A stretch of 64,000 nucleotides of DNA from Octopus vulgaris (GCA_951406725.2 OX597837.1:33790001-33854000); one strand, 5' to 3'; numbered from the stretch's first letter, positions 23,500 to 37,065 are shown. Translations and numbers: made by a program. Notes: generated by a model not told the origin, from the letters alone.

Positions 23500-23835
23500 C
23501 ATGTGGCATGTAAAAAACACCATCCGAGCGTGGCACATAAAAAAACACCATCCGAGCATGGCCGTTCGCCAGCCTTGTCTGGCACCTGTGTCGGTGGCAC
23601 ATAAAAAAACACCATCCGAGCGTGGCCATTTGCCAGCCTCGTCTGGCACCTGTGTCGGTGGCACATAAAAAGCACCCACTACACTCTCGGAGTGGTTGGC
23701 GATAGGAAGGGCATCCAGCTGTAGAAACACTGCCAGATCTGACTGGCCTGGTGCAGCCTTCGGGCTTCCTAGACCCCAGTTGAACCGTCCAACCCATGCT
23801 GGCATGGAGAACGGACGTTAAACGATGATGATGAT
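23500..23835 (+). mobile_element. RTE 3' end (family E) with 63-bp internal repeats
   Basis: Reverse-complement homolog of 15181-15700, ending in (GAT)n. Confidence 0.75.
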
Positions 23836-23946
23836 GTGTATGTGTACATATTTTTTTAAAGAATAAAATTTTTGAATGGTACAACAATGCACTATAATAC
23901 AGACAATGGACTATATACCTGTTGTAATTTAGTTATCCATAGTCTG

Positions 23947-23983
23947 ATATGATATTTCGGAATAATATTCCTTCTTCAGATAT
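23947..23983 (-). ncRNA. Minimal type-I hammerhead ribozyme motif (family H4), core and stems intact
   Basis: Minus strand: auau CUGAAGA a ggaau-auu-auucc GAAA ua UC auau. Confidence 0.65.
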
Positions 23984-25005
23984 TCTTAGATGGAGTCGCT
24001 GCTATAATCGGTTTTCTAACAGCTTTTCTTTTTTATTATGTGGAAGCATCTCAGCAGTGGTCTCAATGTTCCTTCCGGAATTCCTCATGGGAAGTGTGTG
24101 AGGTCGGACATGTCTCAATCTCGTGTTTGCTTGTTCATCCGTAGCGCTGCTTCTAAGTTACGCATTAAACGTGCACCTTCCCTTTTTTCCCCCCACTTCT
24201 CTTTTTTTTTTTTTTTATAAACTACAGGTGAGCATATTATCAAAAACGAACCTACACGCATCCAGATGTGTCTAAATAATGTATTGATTACCAACCTTAC
24301 CATTCTGTGGCACTGCATTGAAGGAATTAAGCAAACAAATTGACCCCGGTGCCTATTTTTCAAGTTTGGTACTTGTTTTATCAGTCTCTTTTGCTGAACT
24401 GTTAGGCTACAGTGACATAAACAACCAGCACCAGTTATGAAGAACTGTTAGGGGACACACACACACGCATATATATTCTATGCATCATTCGTGTATTTGG
24501 TTTGCAAGATTCTTGGCGTGAATGTGTGTTGAAACAAATCTCGTATCTAGAAAGGGTCGTTACACTCACTCCCAAGGCATTAGTTGGCCCAGGACTACAG
24601 TAAAAGACACAGGCCCAAGGCACTGTGATACGGTCAGACTGATGCCAAAGCACCATGACTGCAAAGCAAACTTCTTAACCAAACAGACAGTGACACCTGC
24701 AACCATAGAAGACACAGAATCAAATCAACCTGTTGTGACCATCCTGTCTTTTTCTTTCTTTTTGAACTAAATTATTCAGTGTCCCATTCTTTTAAGATGA
24801 TGCTTGTGTGTAGTCTGAAAGAGATTAAGCTACTATTTCCAGCAGGGCCTTCAAGTTGGGAAATATTTAATATTTATCAAACAATGTTGAGGGGCAAGGG
24901 GTCAATTGACTCCAGTGATGCCAATACATGACTAGGGTTTCTTTATTGTTGTTTAATCCCAGATCATCACAGTTTCAGCTGATCTATGATCAAAAGCATT
25001 CCACT

Positions 25006-25880
25006 CATGACCATCCACTAATGTTTTTTACCTCCTGAGGCACAATATACCTAGGGCTACATGATCTAATGTGCCTTTCTCAGCTATGATCATCCAGTTT
25101 TTTACCTCCCGAGGCACAATATACCTAGGGCTACACGATCTAATGTGCCTTTCTCAGCTATGATCATCCACTGTTTTTTACCTCTCGAGGCACAATATAC
25201 CTAGGGCTACACGATCTAATGTGCCTTTCTCAGCTATGATCATCCACTGTTTTTACCTCCCAAAGCACAATATACCTAGGGCTACACGATCTAATGTGCC
25301 TTTCTCAGCTATGATCATCCACTGTTTTTTACCTCCCGAGGCACAATATACCTAGGGCTACACGATCTAATGTGCCTTTCTCAGCTATGATCATCCACTG
25401 TTTTTTACCTCCCGAGGCACAATATACCTAGGGCTACACGATCTAATGTGCCTTTCTCAGCTATGATCATCCACTGTTTTTTTTACCTCCCAAAGCACAA
25501 TATACCTAGGGCTACACGATCTAATGTGCCTTTCTCAGCTATGATCATCCACTGTTTTTTACCTCCCGAGGCACAATATACCTAGGGCTACACGATCTAA
25601 TGTGCCTTTCTCAGCTATGATCATCCACTGTTTTTTTTACCTCCCAAAGCACAATATACCTAGGGCTACACGATCTAATGTGCTTTCTCAGCTATGATCA
25701 TCCACTATTTTTTACCTCCCGAGGCACAATATACCTAGGGCTACGCAATCTAATGTGCCTTTCTCACTAAATTATCCACTAAAGTTTTTTCCCTCTTGAG
25801 GCACAGTATACCTTGGGCTACATGATCTAATGTGCCTTTCTCAGCTGTGATCATCCACTAATGATTTTTTCCCTCTTCAT
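25006..25880. repeat. About 76-bp minisatellite, about 11 units
   Basis: Unit CAGCTATGATCATCCACTG(T)nACCTCCCGAGGCACAATATACCTAGGGCTACACGATCTAATGTGCCTTTCT. Confidence 0.95.
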
Positions 25881-26274
25881 TATCCCTGGGGCCAAGGGAT
25901 AATCAGCTCTAAACAATGTATTACCAATGAATATAGTACTTACCAAATACCTATTTAATGATACGAAACTGGTCTATTGATGGTTTCAAATTTTGGCACA
26001 AGGCCAGCAATTTTAGGGCTGGTCAATTATATCGACCCCAGTGCTCAGCTGGTACTTATTTTATCAACCCCGAAAGGATGAAAGGCAAAGTTGGCCTCAG
26101 TGGAATTTGAACCGAGAATGCAAGGATGGACAAAATGCCGCTAAGCACTTTGCCTGATGTGCTCACGATTCTGCCAGCTTGCTGCTTAATAATGATAATG
26201 GTTTCAAATTTTGGCACAAAGGCTGCAATGTTGAGGGGCAAGGGGTCAATTGACTCCAGTGTGCCAATACACGA

Positions 26275-26695
26275 CTCTCTTTTACTCTCTTTTAGTTGTT
26301 TCAGTCATTTGACTGCGGCCATGCTGGAGCACCGCCTTTAGTCGAGCAAATCGACCCCGAGACTTATTCTTTGTAAGCCCAGTACTTATTCTATCGGTCT
26401 CTTTTGCCGAACCGCTAAGTGACGGGGACGTAAACACACCAGCATCGGTTGTCAAGCAATGCTAGAGGGACAAACACAGACACACAAACATATACACACA
26501 CATACATATATATATATATACATACATATATACGACAGGCTTCTTTCAGTTTCCGTCTACCAAATCCACTCACAAGGCATTGGTCGGCCTGAGGCTATAG
26601 CAGAAGACACTTGTCCAAGATGCCACGCAGTGGGACTGAACCCAGAACCATGTGGTTGGTAGGCAAGCTACTTACCACACAGCCACTCCTGCGCC
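26275..26695 (-). mobile_element. SINE family A
   Basis: Full-length copy. Confidence 0.85.
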
Positions 26696-26884
26696 TAGGG
26701 TTTTTTATGTTTTTTTTTAATGAACTGTAGAAAGATAAAAGATGAAATTAACCTCAAAAGGATTGTAAGAAATACCACAAAGCTCTGATAATTATGCCTC
26801 CTCAAGAAGAAAGAAGAAAAATACCAAAATATAAGCACAGGTCCCATCACTTATGATTCTGCCCACCCATCACCCTATTATTAA

Positions 26885-27103
26885 CCCTTTAGTGTTCAGA
26901 TTATTCAATCAAACATAATGCCTATTGATTCCCATTGATTTGAATTAATAATGCATTATCCCATATCTTTAAGATCTTGATGGTGTAATTACTTCATGTA
27001 GAATAACATTGTAGGGTAGGTGTGAGAGCCTGGATCTGGTCAGTTTGAACATAAAACAGATTAACTATTTTGGCCGGATATGGCCGGTTTAAATACTAAA
27101 GGG
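26885..27103. mobile_element. piggyBac-type MITE, followed by an inverted partial copy (27108-27313)
   Basis: TTAA|CCCTTTTAGTG...TACTAAAGGG|TTAA. Confidence 0.78.
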
Positions 27104-27999
27104 TTAAAGTGGCCACATCTGGCCCATTTATTCTGCTTGGTTTATGTTCAAACTGGCCAGATCTGGCCTTTTGCACTTATCCTTCAATGTCATTCTAAAA
27201 AATAAACAATCCACATCGTTGTAATCTCAAAGCTACGAGATAATGCAAGATTAATTTGAAATGACATGGATTAATAAGGATTAGATTTAAGAGAGTAATC
27301 TGAATGCTAAAGGGTTAAAGCAACAAGCCGGCAGAATCAGTGGAGCATCCGACAAAAATACTTAGTGGCCTTTCTTCTGGCTCTTGATGTTCTGAGTTCA
27401 AATTCTGCCAAGGTCAACTTTACTCTTCAGGGTTGATAAATAAATAAGTGAAGTACTGGGATCAACAGAACTGAGTTATTCCCTCACCCCAAAATTTCTG
27501 GCTTTGAGCCAAAATTAGGGGGTGGGGGAATGATTAATTCCTTACATAGGCATAAGGCTAGACATATAGAGGGAATTAGTTGATTAAATCAACCTTAGTA
27601 CATTACTGGTATTTGTTTTGTTTTTTTTTGGTTGGGGGGTATCTAACCCAGAAGGATTGAATGCAAAGCTGGTCGTGACAGGATTTGAACCCAGAACATA
27701 AAGGGTCAAAACCAAATACCACAAGGCATCTTATCTGCCAATCCAAAACAAACAAAAATATAAATAAAACTAGTGTTGATAAATGCATGGGCAAAAATCT
27801 TACAACAAAGTTGGGTTTGGATAATTTTGTATGCGACGACAGGGACTCCTCCTAAACCACCACTGACCCAGGTGGAAAACTCTTAGCTAACCATCACTGA
27901 GTGCAGGTTTACTGAAATGTGTAAACTTCCATAGTAACAGACAAACATCAAGGAAATTAGCTGAAGGACCTCATCAGAGTGACCCTGAATTTAAAATAT

Positions 28000-30900
28000 A
28001 ATCTTTTCTTCTAAAGGCACAAGGCCTGAAATTTTGAAGGCAGGGGACTAGCTGATTACACCAGACCTCCCCCCCCCCACACACACACACAAGTGCTTCA
28101 TTGGGACTTAATTTATTGACACCAAAAGGATGAAAGGAAAAGGTCACCTCGGTGGAATTCGAATTCAGAACACAGTGATGGCAGAAATACCACTAAGCAT
28201 TTCGTCCAACATGCTAACGATTCTGCCATCTCACTGCCTTCAATAATAATAATAATAATCCTTTCTACTAAAGGCACAAGGGGGAGGGGCAGTCGATTAG
28301 ATTGGCTAGTATGCAACTGGTACTTAATTTATCAACCCCCAAAAGGATGAGCAGCAAGGTTGACCTCGGCAGAATTTGAACTCAGAACATAGCAATGGGC
28401 GAAATACATCCAGCCCGCTACTGATTCTGCCAGCTGACCTCCTTCCATAATAATAATAATCCTTTCTTATTTCTTTACTGCCCACAAGGGGCTACACACA
28501 GAGGGGACAGACATATGGATTAAGTCAATTATATCGACCCCGAACGGATGAAAGGCAAAGTCGACCTTAGCGGAATTTGAACTCAGAATGTAGCGTCAGA
28601 CGAAATACTGCTAAACATTTTGGCCTGCGTGCTAACGTTTCTGCCAGCTTTCCGCCTTAATCCTTTCTGCTAAAAGACACAAGACCTGAAATTTTTGGTT
28701 GGGAGGGGACTAATCACTTACATTGACTCCCCCAGTGTTTCACTGGTACTTAATTTATCAACCCAGAAAGGATGAAAAGCAAAACTGATCTTGTTAACAT
28801 CTGAACTCAGAATATAGAGATGAACGAAATGCCGCTAAACATTTCGCTTGGTTGACTGAATGCCAGCAATTTAAAGTGGTGGGTGGGGGGTAGAATTAGT
28901 TGATTCCATAACCACCTGTGCGTCAGTTTTCTCAACCCTGAAAAGTAAAGTTACCCCTACTGGGATTTGAAACCAGAGTGTAAAGATCAGCGACAAACAC
29001 TGCTAAGGTTATTTTTTTGATGCCCCTCGCTGCCTTGGGTTATAAATTCTAATTAAGGCACAGCACAAAGTTAGCAATTTTGAGAGGAGGGGCAAGTTGA
29101 TTACAGTGACTCACCCGTACATGACTGGTATTTTATTTCATTAACCGCAAAGCACTTTGCCTGATGTGCTCACGATTCTGCCAGCTTGCTGCTTAATAAT
29201 AATGGTTTCAAATTTTGGCACAAAGGTTGCAATGGTGAGGGGCAAGGGGTCAATTGACTCTAATGAATAAAAGGCAAGGCAGACCCTCAGCAGAGTTTGA
29301 ACTTGGATCATAAACACCTGGAAGATGATGTGCAAATGAATAAATAATAAAAATTAAAAAAAAGACAAGAAGAATAATGAGGATGATAGTTAATTGTTTA
29401 TAGTTTTGAAAGGTTGAGCAAGTCTCTCTGCCAATATTATGTTATACTCACTTCAAGTACAGCAGATAATAAATAGGGGGGCCCTGGTTTTATTTATTAT
29501 GTACTTCCAAAAACAATCAACCCATTTCCTCAGATATGTAATTGAGGCTCCAAGACTGTGGTAGGAAAAACAAAATCTACTTTTAGAACTTCTTCAAAAC
29601 GGAATAACAATCATTTGGGACGAATTTGGAAGAAAATAATAAAAAAAAAAAAAAGGGTGGGTGGGGGTCTCTCCCACAGTTCTTCGGAGAAAAAACAAAC
29701 ACCTGCTCTCAGACAAGAATTAGTGTTAATATGATTAGTTTTTTTTTTCTGAGACAACTCCATCAGAATTTTTTTTTTTTTTTTTGCAATATTTACATCT
29801 ATATAACATTTCAAATGGTTTGATCCCTGGTTGCTGTCGGGTGTTTTTAGTCTTGGCTATGTACATAATAGAGGCCAACGTCTTATCCAGTTCTTTACTG
29901 CGTAAATGTATCTCGGAGAATGGCACCTGATAACAACTGGAGATCAAAACGATCTCGGAATATTCCAATCATACTAACATCGAAGATTTCTTTCATCCTA
30001 CAATCAATCACTTTCTGAATGAAGGCACCATTCCATTCCTATCGTAGACCTTGCTCCACTCCAAACTATACTCAGTTTTGGTGGAAAGAAAGAAAGAACG
30101 GTTAACTAGGCCCCAGGGTGAAATTTTGAGATTGAAAAGTGTGAGGCACTGAACTAAAGTATAATTATATGCCTGGTTGACTTCCTGTCTCTTGTATTAT
30201 CATCATCATCATCATCATCATCACAAACTGAACTATTAAACTGATTTCAGCAGACAATTTCATTTTTAGCCAACACTGATTATCTGCCCTTGGATTGCAG
30301 ACTAGAATCAAAATCTCTACGAAATATAAAATTCAACAGCTACAACTCTACAAATTAATAATAATAATAATAAACCTTTCTACTAAAGGCACAAGGCCTG
30401 AAATTTTGAGGGGAGGGGGGTTTAGTCGATCACATCGACCCCCAGTACTCAACTGGTACTTATTTTATCGACCCCGAAAAGGATGAAAGGCAAAGTCGAC
30501 CTTGGTAGAATTTGAACTCTAAACGGAGATGGACAAAATGCGTTTAAGCGTTTTGCCAGGCATGCTAAGGATTCTGCCAACTGGACGCCTTAATAAAAAA
30601 AACAATTCTTCCATAAGCACAAGGCCACAAATTTATATTATGAAAGATAGAAATGGTCAACTGATTGAATCCTTATTAGTTAAAAAGGGACATTTTTTCT
30701 TTTTATCCAACTTGAAAGAAGACAGACACCACAAGGTATTTTGTCGAACTCTGTTGTCCTCATTCCATCGCCGTAACGATAAGGAAAGAATAATAACAGG
30801 CACAAGACTAAGAATTTGCAGAGAGGGGTTAGTCAATTACTTCGACCCCCCCTCTTCACTGGTACTTTAGTTTATCAACCCCTAGAGGGATGAAAGGTAA

Positions 30901-31860
30901 AGTTGACTTTGGTGAGATTTGAACCCAGAATGCACACCGATCATTCTGCCAATCTACCAATAATAATAATGATTTCAAATTTTGGCACAAGGCCAGCAGT
31001 TTTGAGGAAGAGGCTAAGTCGGTTACATTGACCCCCACCTTAGTATATGACTGGTACTTATTTTATCAACCCCAAAAGGATGAAAGGCAAAGTTGACCTC
31101 GGTGTAATTTGAACTCAGATCATGAAGACAGACAAAATACTGCTAAACATTTTACCCAGTGTGCTGACAATTCTGCAAGCTCACTGCCTCAATAATAATA
31201 ATAATCTTTTCTACTAAAGGCACATGGCCTGAAATTTGTGGGGGGAAGGGGACTAGTCAATTACATCGACCCCAGTGTTTCACCAGTACTTATTTTATCA
31301 AACCCTGAAAGGATGAAAGGCAAAGTTGACCTCAGTGGAATTTGAACTCAGATCATGAAGACAGACAAAATACTGCTAAACATTTTACCCAGTGTGCTGA
31401 CAATTCTGCAAGCTCACTGCCTCAATAATAATAATAATCTTTTCTACTAAAGGCACATGGCCTGAAATTTGTGGGGGGAAGGGGACTAGTCAATTACATC
31501 GACCCCAGTGTTTCACCAGTACTTATTTTATCAAACCCTGAAAGGATGAAAGGCAAAGTTGACCTCAGTGGAATTTGAACTCAGATCATGAAGACAGACA
31601 AAATACCGCTAAACATTTTACCCAGTGTGCTGACAATTCTGCAAGCTCACAATTTGGGGGGGGAAGGGGACTAGTCAATTATATCGACCCCAGTGTTTCA
31701 CCAGTACTTATTTTATCAAACCCCGAAAGGATGAAAGGCAAAGTTGACCTCAGCTGAACTGAACTCAGAACGTAATGACAGACAAAATGCCGCAAACATT
31801 TTTGCCTGGCCTGCTAACAGTTCTGCCACCTCACTGCCTACCAATAATAATAATAATTAA
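28000..31860 (-). repeat. Dense minus-strand arrays of SINE-B-related units, including a recent tandem amplification of about 232 bp (31050-31800)
   Basis: Repeated AAAGGATGAAAGGCAAAGT(C/T)GACCT blocks separated by (AAT)n. Confidence 0.8.
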
Positions 31861-31953
31861 TAATAATTAGATATCTGTGACAAGATCTGCAAGAGTCTTA
31901 ATTTAGTTTAAAGTTACGAATAGTCTTTGGTATCAGCTTGTGTGCTGTAGCAG

Positions 31954-33554
31954 TCAGCTCTTACTGAAGGTGCGCTGTAAACTTGGCTTTTGTTTTTTAT
32001 TCACACGAACTAACATAGAAGGTTTGTACATTCCTAATTTGAGACCATTGACAGCACAGTGCCGGTTGAGATAAACGGAAGGATCAGCAGCAGATTGCTG
32101 GGCTAGAGTCTTGGGGTTGACAGTACGACTAGAAAATTTGCTGTCTGTTGTGAAGCTGTTGAGGGATTCTAACGAGTTGGAATTAGTTGAGTAATTATTG
32201 CTTGGAAGTTGGCATTCGCTCTTTGTTGACCGTCGCCGCATGCTACGGGTATATTCCATCATGTTCTGATGACACCACGAGTCTCCGTTGATTCGAGCCA
32301 CACCAAATTTGATACCAATTTTCTCAGTCGGTGAGAGCGTGTCAGGAGAACAGCACGAGTGCGAACGAAAGCGTTCTTTGGAACGGGGAGGATTCGGAAC
32401 AGTTTCCCAAGATAACTCTGATGGCGACAACGATAAAGGTGTCTTTTCGTCGTCGCCTGACACTTTGAAATTTTCGCTATTTGTTTCAAAGAAGCTGGCC
32501 AAACTGCTCACCTCGTCAGAGGCCTCGGACAGTGCTGAAAAGTCCAGATTGTTACAGCTATCGAGTGAAGGGCTTCGAAGTAACTGGCTCACCTGTTCCT
32601 CTAGACTGTTTTTTGCGTCAGAATCTTCCAGGTGAGAAACAGGTGTTACCACAAGTGAAGCATCTTCAAGATGCTCAGGAACATTGTCAAAGGCGATTAA
32701 AGAATGTTGATTATGATCATTGTCTTCGTTGCCATTAGCAACGTGACAAGAGGCAGATGTGATGGTTGGCCCAGGATCCACAGTTTGAGGAGGACCGTTA
32801 GAAATAGATGCTGGATCAGTTGTTGGGGTTTCTAAATTGGTAATGTTCTGAGTGGGGTCTGGATCTTCAGAATTATTCGCAGAGATCTCAGATATGGAAT
32901 GTAGTAATTCACTTACAGAATGAGGGTCTGTGAGATTAAGGTTCTCTTGACTGTCTTTTATGGAAATATCTGCCGTGTGTGCAAGGTTTTCAACACTGGT
33001 AGCCTGTGGATTCTCTTGTGAAGCCGTTACAGAATCTGCAAGGGAGCTATTCCCAGCATCAGTGTCTTCAACGGCAGTTGTGTCGTCCTTTGAGGACGTC
33101 GTATCAGATGCCAAGTCCACAACAGCTGTGGCGACACTGGCACTTGTGCCACCACCACTGGTGTCGTCTTGGGGAAGACTATCTTGGGAGCTACTTGAAA
33201 GTTTATGATTGTCAGCAGACTGCAATCGCTGCAGTGCATCGGGGAGACGGGTGTTTTCAGAGTTCGATCTTCTTGAGCAATTTGTTTTCTGAGTTTCAGT
33301 TGGTTGGCAACTTTGGTTTGGATCAAAATGGCTATCGAAGCTCTTTGAACGGAATTTACCTGAAAGGCTGGCAGCTTTCCCTGGAACACTGCCTGAAGGA
33401 ACTTGACAAGCAATACGAGGCCCTGCAGTTATGAATCTATTTTTGTGTTTTTTCAGAGCGTTTCGTCCAATAAATAAATGGTTCATAGCTTTCGGCGACT
33501 CAATTGTGGGCGTGATGAAATCTGTGTGTGACTTCTGTTGGTAAGTATTGGCAG
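31954..33554 (-). CDS. TBC1D30: TBC1D30 large terminal exon (Ser/Thr/Asp-rich disordered tail)
   Basis: ttccag|CT continues phase 1 into the 568-aa ORF; contains AMNHLFIG near the start and LKLGMYKP...QRTFSKS* at the end, reminiscent of TBC1D30 C-terminal motifs. Confidence 0.85.
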
Positions 33555-34179
33555 CTGGAAGACAAGAAGAAAAGGAGGAGATGTATGTGTCTGTGTGTTT
33601 GTCTGCATTATATATATACGCATATATATAAAGAAAACGAGATGACAAAGCAATAAACAATTATAACCTTCATTAGCTTATGTCCGTTTCTGCTGAGATA
33701 CAGTGGACTCATCGTTGAGTTCCTGATTAACAAATTATAGCTTCTTCAGAGCTGTGTGTGTTTGTGTGTGTGTGTGCATGTAACAATAATAAAAGAAGTT
33801 AAAATACAGGTTCGTACGTTTGAAAATTCACAACAAAACATTACCATCTGTACAGAGTAAGATGCAGGAAGGTGGTAAGTGGAGTTCAAAGGAAAGGTTG
33901 TGAAAAGTGGCAGAAGACGAAAGAGTGTGAGAGAGGAGGAAGTTTAGTCAGGCAGGATGAAACTGAGGTGACCACATGAGTGTCTCCTCGTCCGGCCTGT
34001 CCGCAGAAGAGCAAATGTAAAAGTTTTCTTCCAATTTCCCTGAGCATCCAATGTTTGTGCTGGATATTATTAGGTCATGATGATGTCCATTATTTAATGT
34101 ATACTTATCTCTCACTGGACAGAATGCTATTTTTGTTGATCTTATTTTAGTGGAATAGTAGATTATATATGTATATATA

Positions 34180-34570
34180 GGCGCAGGAGTGGCTGTGTGG
34201 TAAGTAGCTTGCTAACCAACCACATGGTTCCGGGTTCAGTCCCACTGCGTGGTATCTTGGGCAAGTGTCTTCTGCTATAGCCCCGGGCCGACCAATGCCT
34301 TGTGAGTGGATTTGGTAGATGGAAACTGAAAGAAGCCTGTCGTATATATGTATATATATGTATGTGCATGTGTGTTTGTCCCTCTAGCATTGCTTGACAA
34401 CCGATGCTGGTGTGTTTACGTCCCCGTCACTTAGCGGTTCGGCAAAAGAGACCGATAGAATAAGTACTGGGCTTACAAAGAATAAGTCCCAGGGTCGATT
34501 TGCTCGACTAAAGGCGGTGCTCCAGCATGGCTGCAGTCAAATGACTGAAACAAGTAAAAAAAAAAAAAGA
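34180..34570 (+). mobile_element. SINE family A
   Basis: Full-length copy in the last TBC1D30 intron. Confidence 0.85.
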
Positions 34571-34800
34571 TATATATATATATATATATATATATACATT
34601 AATCCCTTGACTATCACAGATGTTACATTCCAAAACCCCCGCAATAATTGAAAATGCGCGAAGTAGAAACAGTATTGTACTGTATATTATTTCTATAATT
34701 TGTATATATTTATTTTATTATAAATGCAAAAGAACACCATGGGGGAATTGACATAAGCTCAAATAATAAACCACAATATGGCGAGGGATTAATTAATGTA

Positions 34801-34849
<49 letters not shown>

Positions 34850-35542
34850 TTATGTATGTATAATTTATAAGTTTAAAGCTTATAAGTGGTCACTGCATAT
34901 TGACTAAGGAAAATAGTCTAATATTGGGGCATATAAACCCCTTGACAGAAAAAAAAGTAGGGTGTTCCATATGGGTGGGACTCAAATCCACACCTCTATG
35001 TTTTCACAGCAAGTATGCTTACCATTATACCACCATACCTACTTCGGATTTAAGGACTATAATTTTGTTGTGTTGTTTTTATAAACAAACAGATGTTCAT
35101 TTTCTGCAACGGTTTGTTACATCGTTTACCAAATCAGCACAGAAAACACACACACAAACACACACATATATATATAATGTGTGTGTATGAATAAGGTAGA
35201 CTCTCCTATCATGAACAACAGCTGCAGGTTTTGCAATTTTTTGCTGAACAATCTGCAAAGATGATTTGTTTACAGTGGATCAAATCAACATTACCTGTGC
35301 AGATGCAAGGTGTGTCAGATGTCAGAGTGATTGCAGAGCCATGTGAAAGGACATGATTTGCTCAAGAATGCAATGTACAACTCAATCCAGGGATTGAACC
35401 TACAATCTCATGATCACAAGTGCAACACCGTAGTCATGAGGCCACGTGGCCTCACCAACCGGACAGAGGGGTTAAGCAGAGACAGACAGTGAGGAAGAGG
35501 ACAAAAAAACACTGATAGACAGACGGACGGACGGACATTTAC

Positions 35543-35764
35543 CTGACAAAATAATATGGGCTTGAGCTTGTCTTTGGCGCAGCCTTTGGTATTGTTTCTT
35601 CAAGGCACTTAAATCGGTCGTCATTCTTGTCATGTAGGCCGAAGATCGATTCACTGTCAGGTTGTTGGAATCGGTAACTGAAGGCATTCCGTAGATACCA
35701 GGTCCTACCATTGAGATATCATTGCAGTTGGTGTTTGCAGTGCTACTTACGTCTCCTTCTAAAC
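35543..35764 (-). CDS. TBC1D30: TBC1D30 exon 9 (coiled-coil motif)
   Basis: aacag|GT...TCAG|gtaaat; ...DISMVGPG...RMTTDLSALKKQYQRLRQRQAQAHIILS. Confidence 0.9.
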
Positions 35765-37065
35765 CTGTTTTAATTGCCAAAACAGTTGACAGAGTTAAAG
35801 TTCAGTTCTTCAAATTAACAATAGAAATCTCTTACACACTCTCACACACACACACACACACACACACACTCTCACTCACACACACACTCTCACTCACACA
35901 CACACACACTCTCACTCACACACACACTTACTCTCACTCACACACACACTCTTCATTCACACACATTTTTTTTCTTTGATTCTTTGAAGGATTCAGTTTT
36001 CATTTAGAAACCATAAATTGTATGAAATATATCCCAACACCTAAACTGACCCAAGTTCTATGATATAAGCTTCCTGTTTTATAGTGATCTAAATTCTAAA
36101 AAACCTTCCATCAAAATTTTATGTTGATTTATCTTCCAAAAACCAGCTTAAAATTCTTCATAATTTCCAAAATTAATTGAAACAAAACTAATGTATTTCA
36201 ACAGAAATATGGTAACAAAAGGGTTAAAGTGATCTAAATGAAAAGCTTCCTTCTAAATTTCATTTATGTTCCAAAAAAGCAGTTTGATAACGACAAAGAT
36301 ATTTCACTAAATTCTTCATTATTTTCAAAATTCTTTGTCAAAATAGTCTTTTACAAATTCTTGGTAGCCAGGTAAGAAAGGTGCAAAATTACCTCGTTTT
36401 TGTTGTAGAAGCCAGATCAACTCGACACTCCAACCATGAACAAGTCATCTATTTAGAGGCAATAAATACTGTAGATTCTCTAAAAAAGCCATCTTTTTTT
36501 AAGCTAGCAGAGCATGATGTGAGGGAAGTTTGGCTTCTGCTTCTAGCAGGTCAAGAGATTGCACAGGGCTCCTACATTTCTGAATACATAAATGGTGCTC
36601 TAACCAGTTGTGTAGCAAGGCTTTGGGCTGCCCAGTACAGCCATGACCATCCTCCCTTTTTGTTATTCATCTATCACTCATGCTTCTTACTCTGTAAAGA
36701 AGCTGTCAAGCAAGCAGACAAGGGGCTAATGAGGTCCCTTTAGTCATTTCAAAAACATGATTTATCGCACTTAATAGAATGTACTGGGGTGCACTTTCCA
36801 TGGCCCCATTTCTAGAGAGGTCATCATGTTCTCAACGTGGCTAAAGGGACTTCACAACCCCATGGCCCTGCTTGCTCACCACCACTTTTAGAGTGAGAAG
36901 CAAGGATGATAGTGACAAGAGAGATTCTGTGAAAGGTGAGGCTGAGACCCTAGAAGATATCCTGATGTCTGAAGTTTGCTCTTCCCCCTCTAAGTCCCAC
37001 AAAAGAACTTTTGTCATCAACAGCAAGTTTCTTCCCAACAGAAATAAAATGAAGTGAAAACAAAC

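Noticed and set aside
25006-25880. CRISPR-like regularly spaced repeats (also 40812-41022 and 15350-15600)
   Set aside because: The units are wholly repeated with no unique spacers, there are no cas genes, and the context is eukaryotic.
31954-33660. 568-aa ORF as an independent intronless gene
   Set aside because: It has no ATG-led start; a phase-compatible acceptor at 33555 makes it the last TBC1D30 exon.
33700-33755. Minus-strand CUGAAGA...GAAA CUC..GAG UC hammerhead-like string
   Set aside because: The core and stem III fit, but stems I and II cannot be paired convincingly.
36841-37057. Short ORFs next to TBC1D30 exon 8
   Set aside because: No homology, and exons 8 and 9 already join in phase without them.
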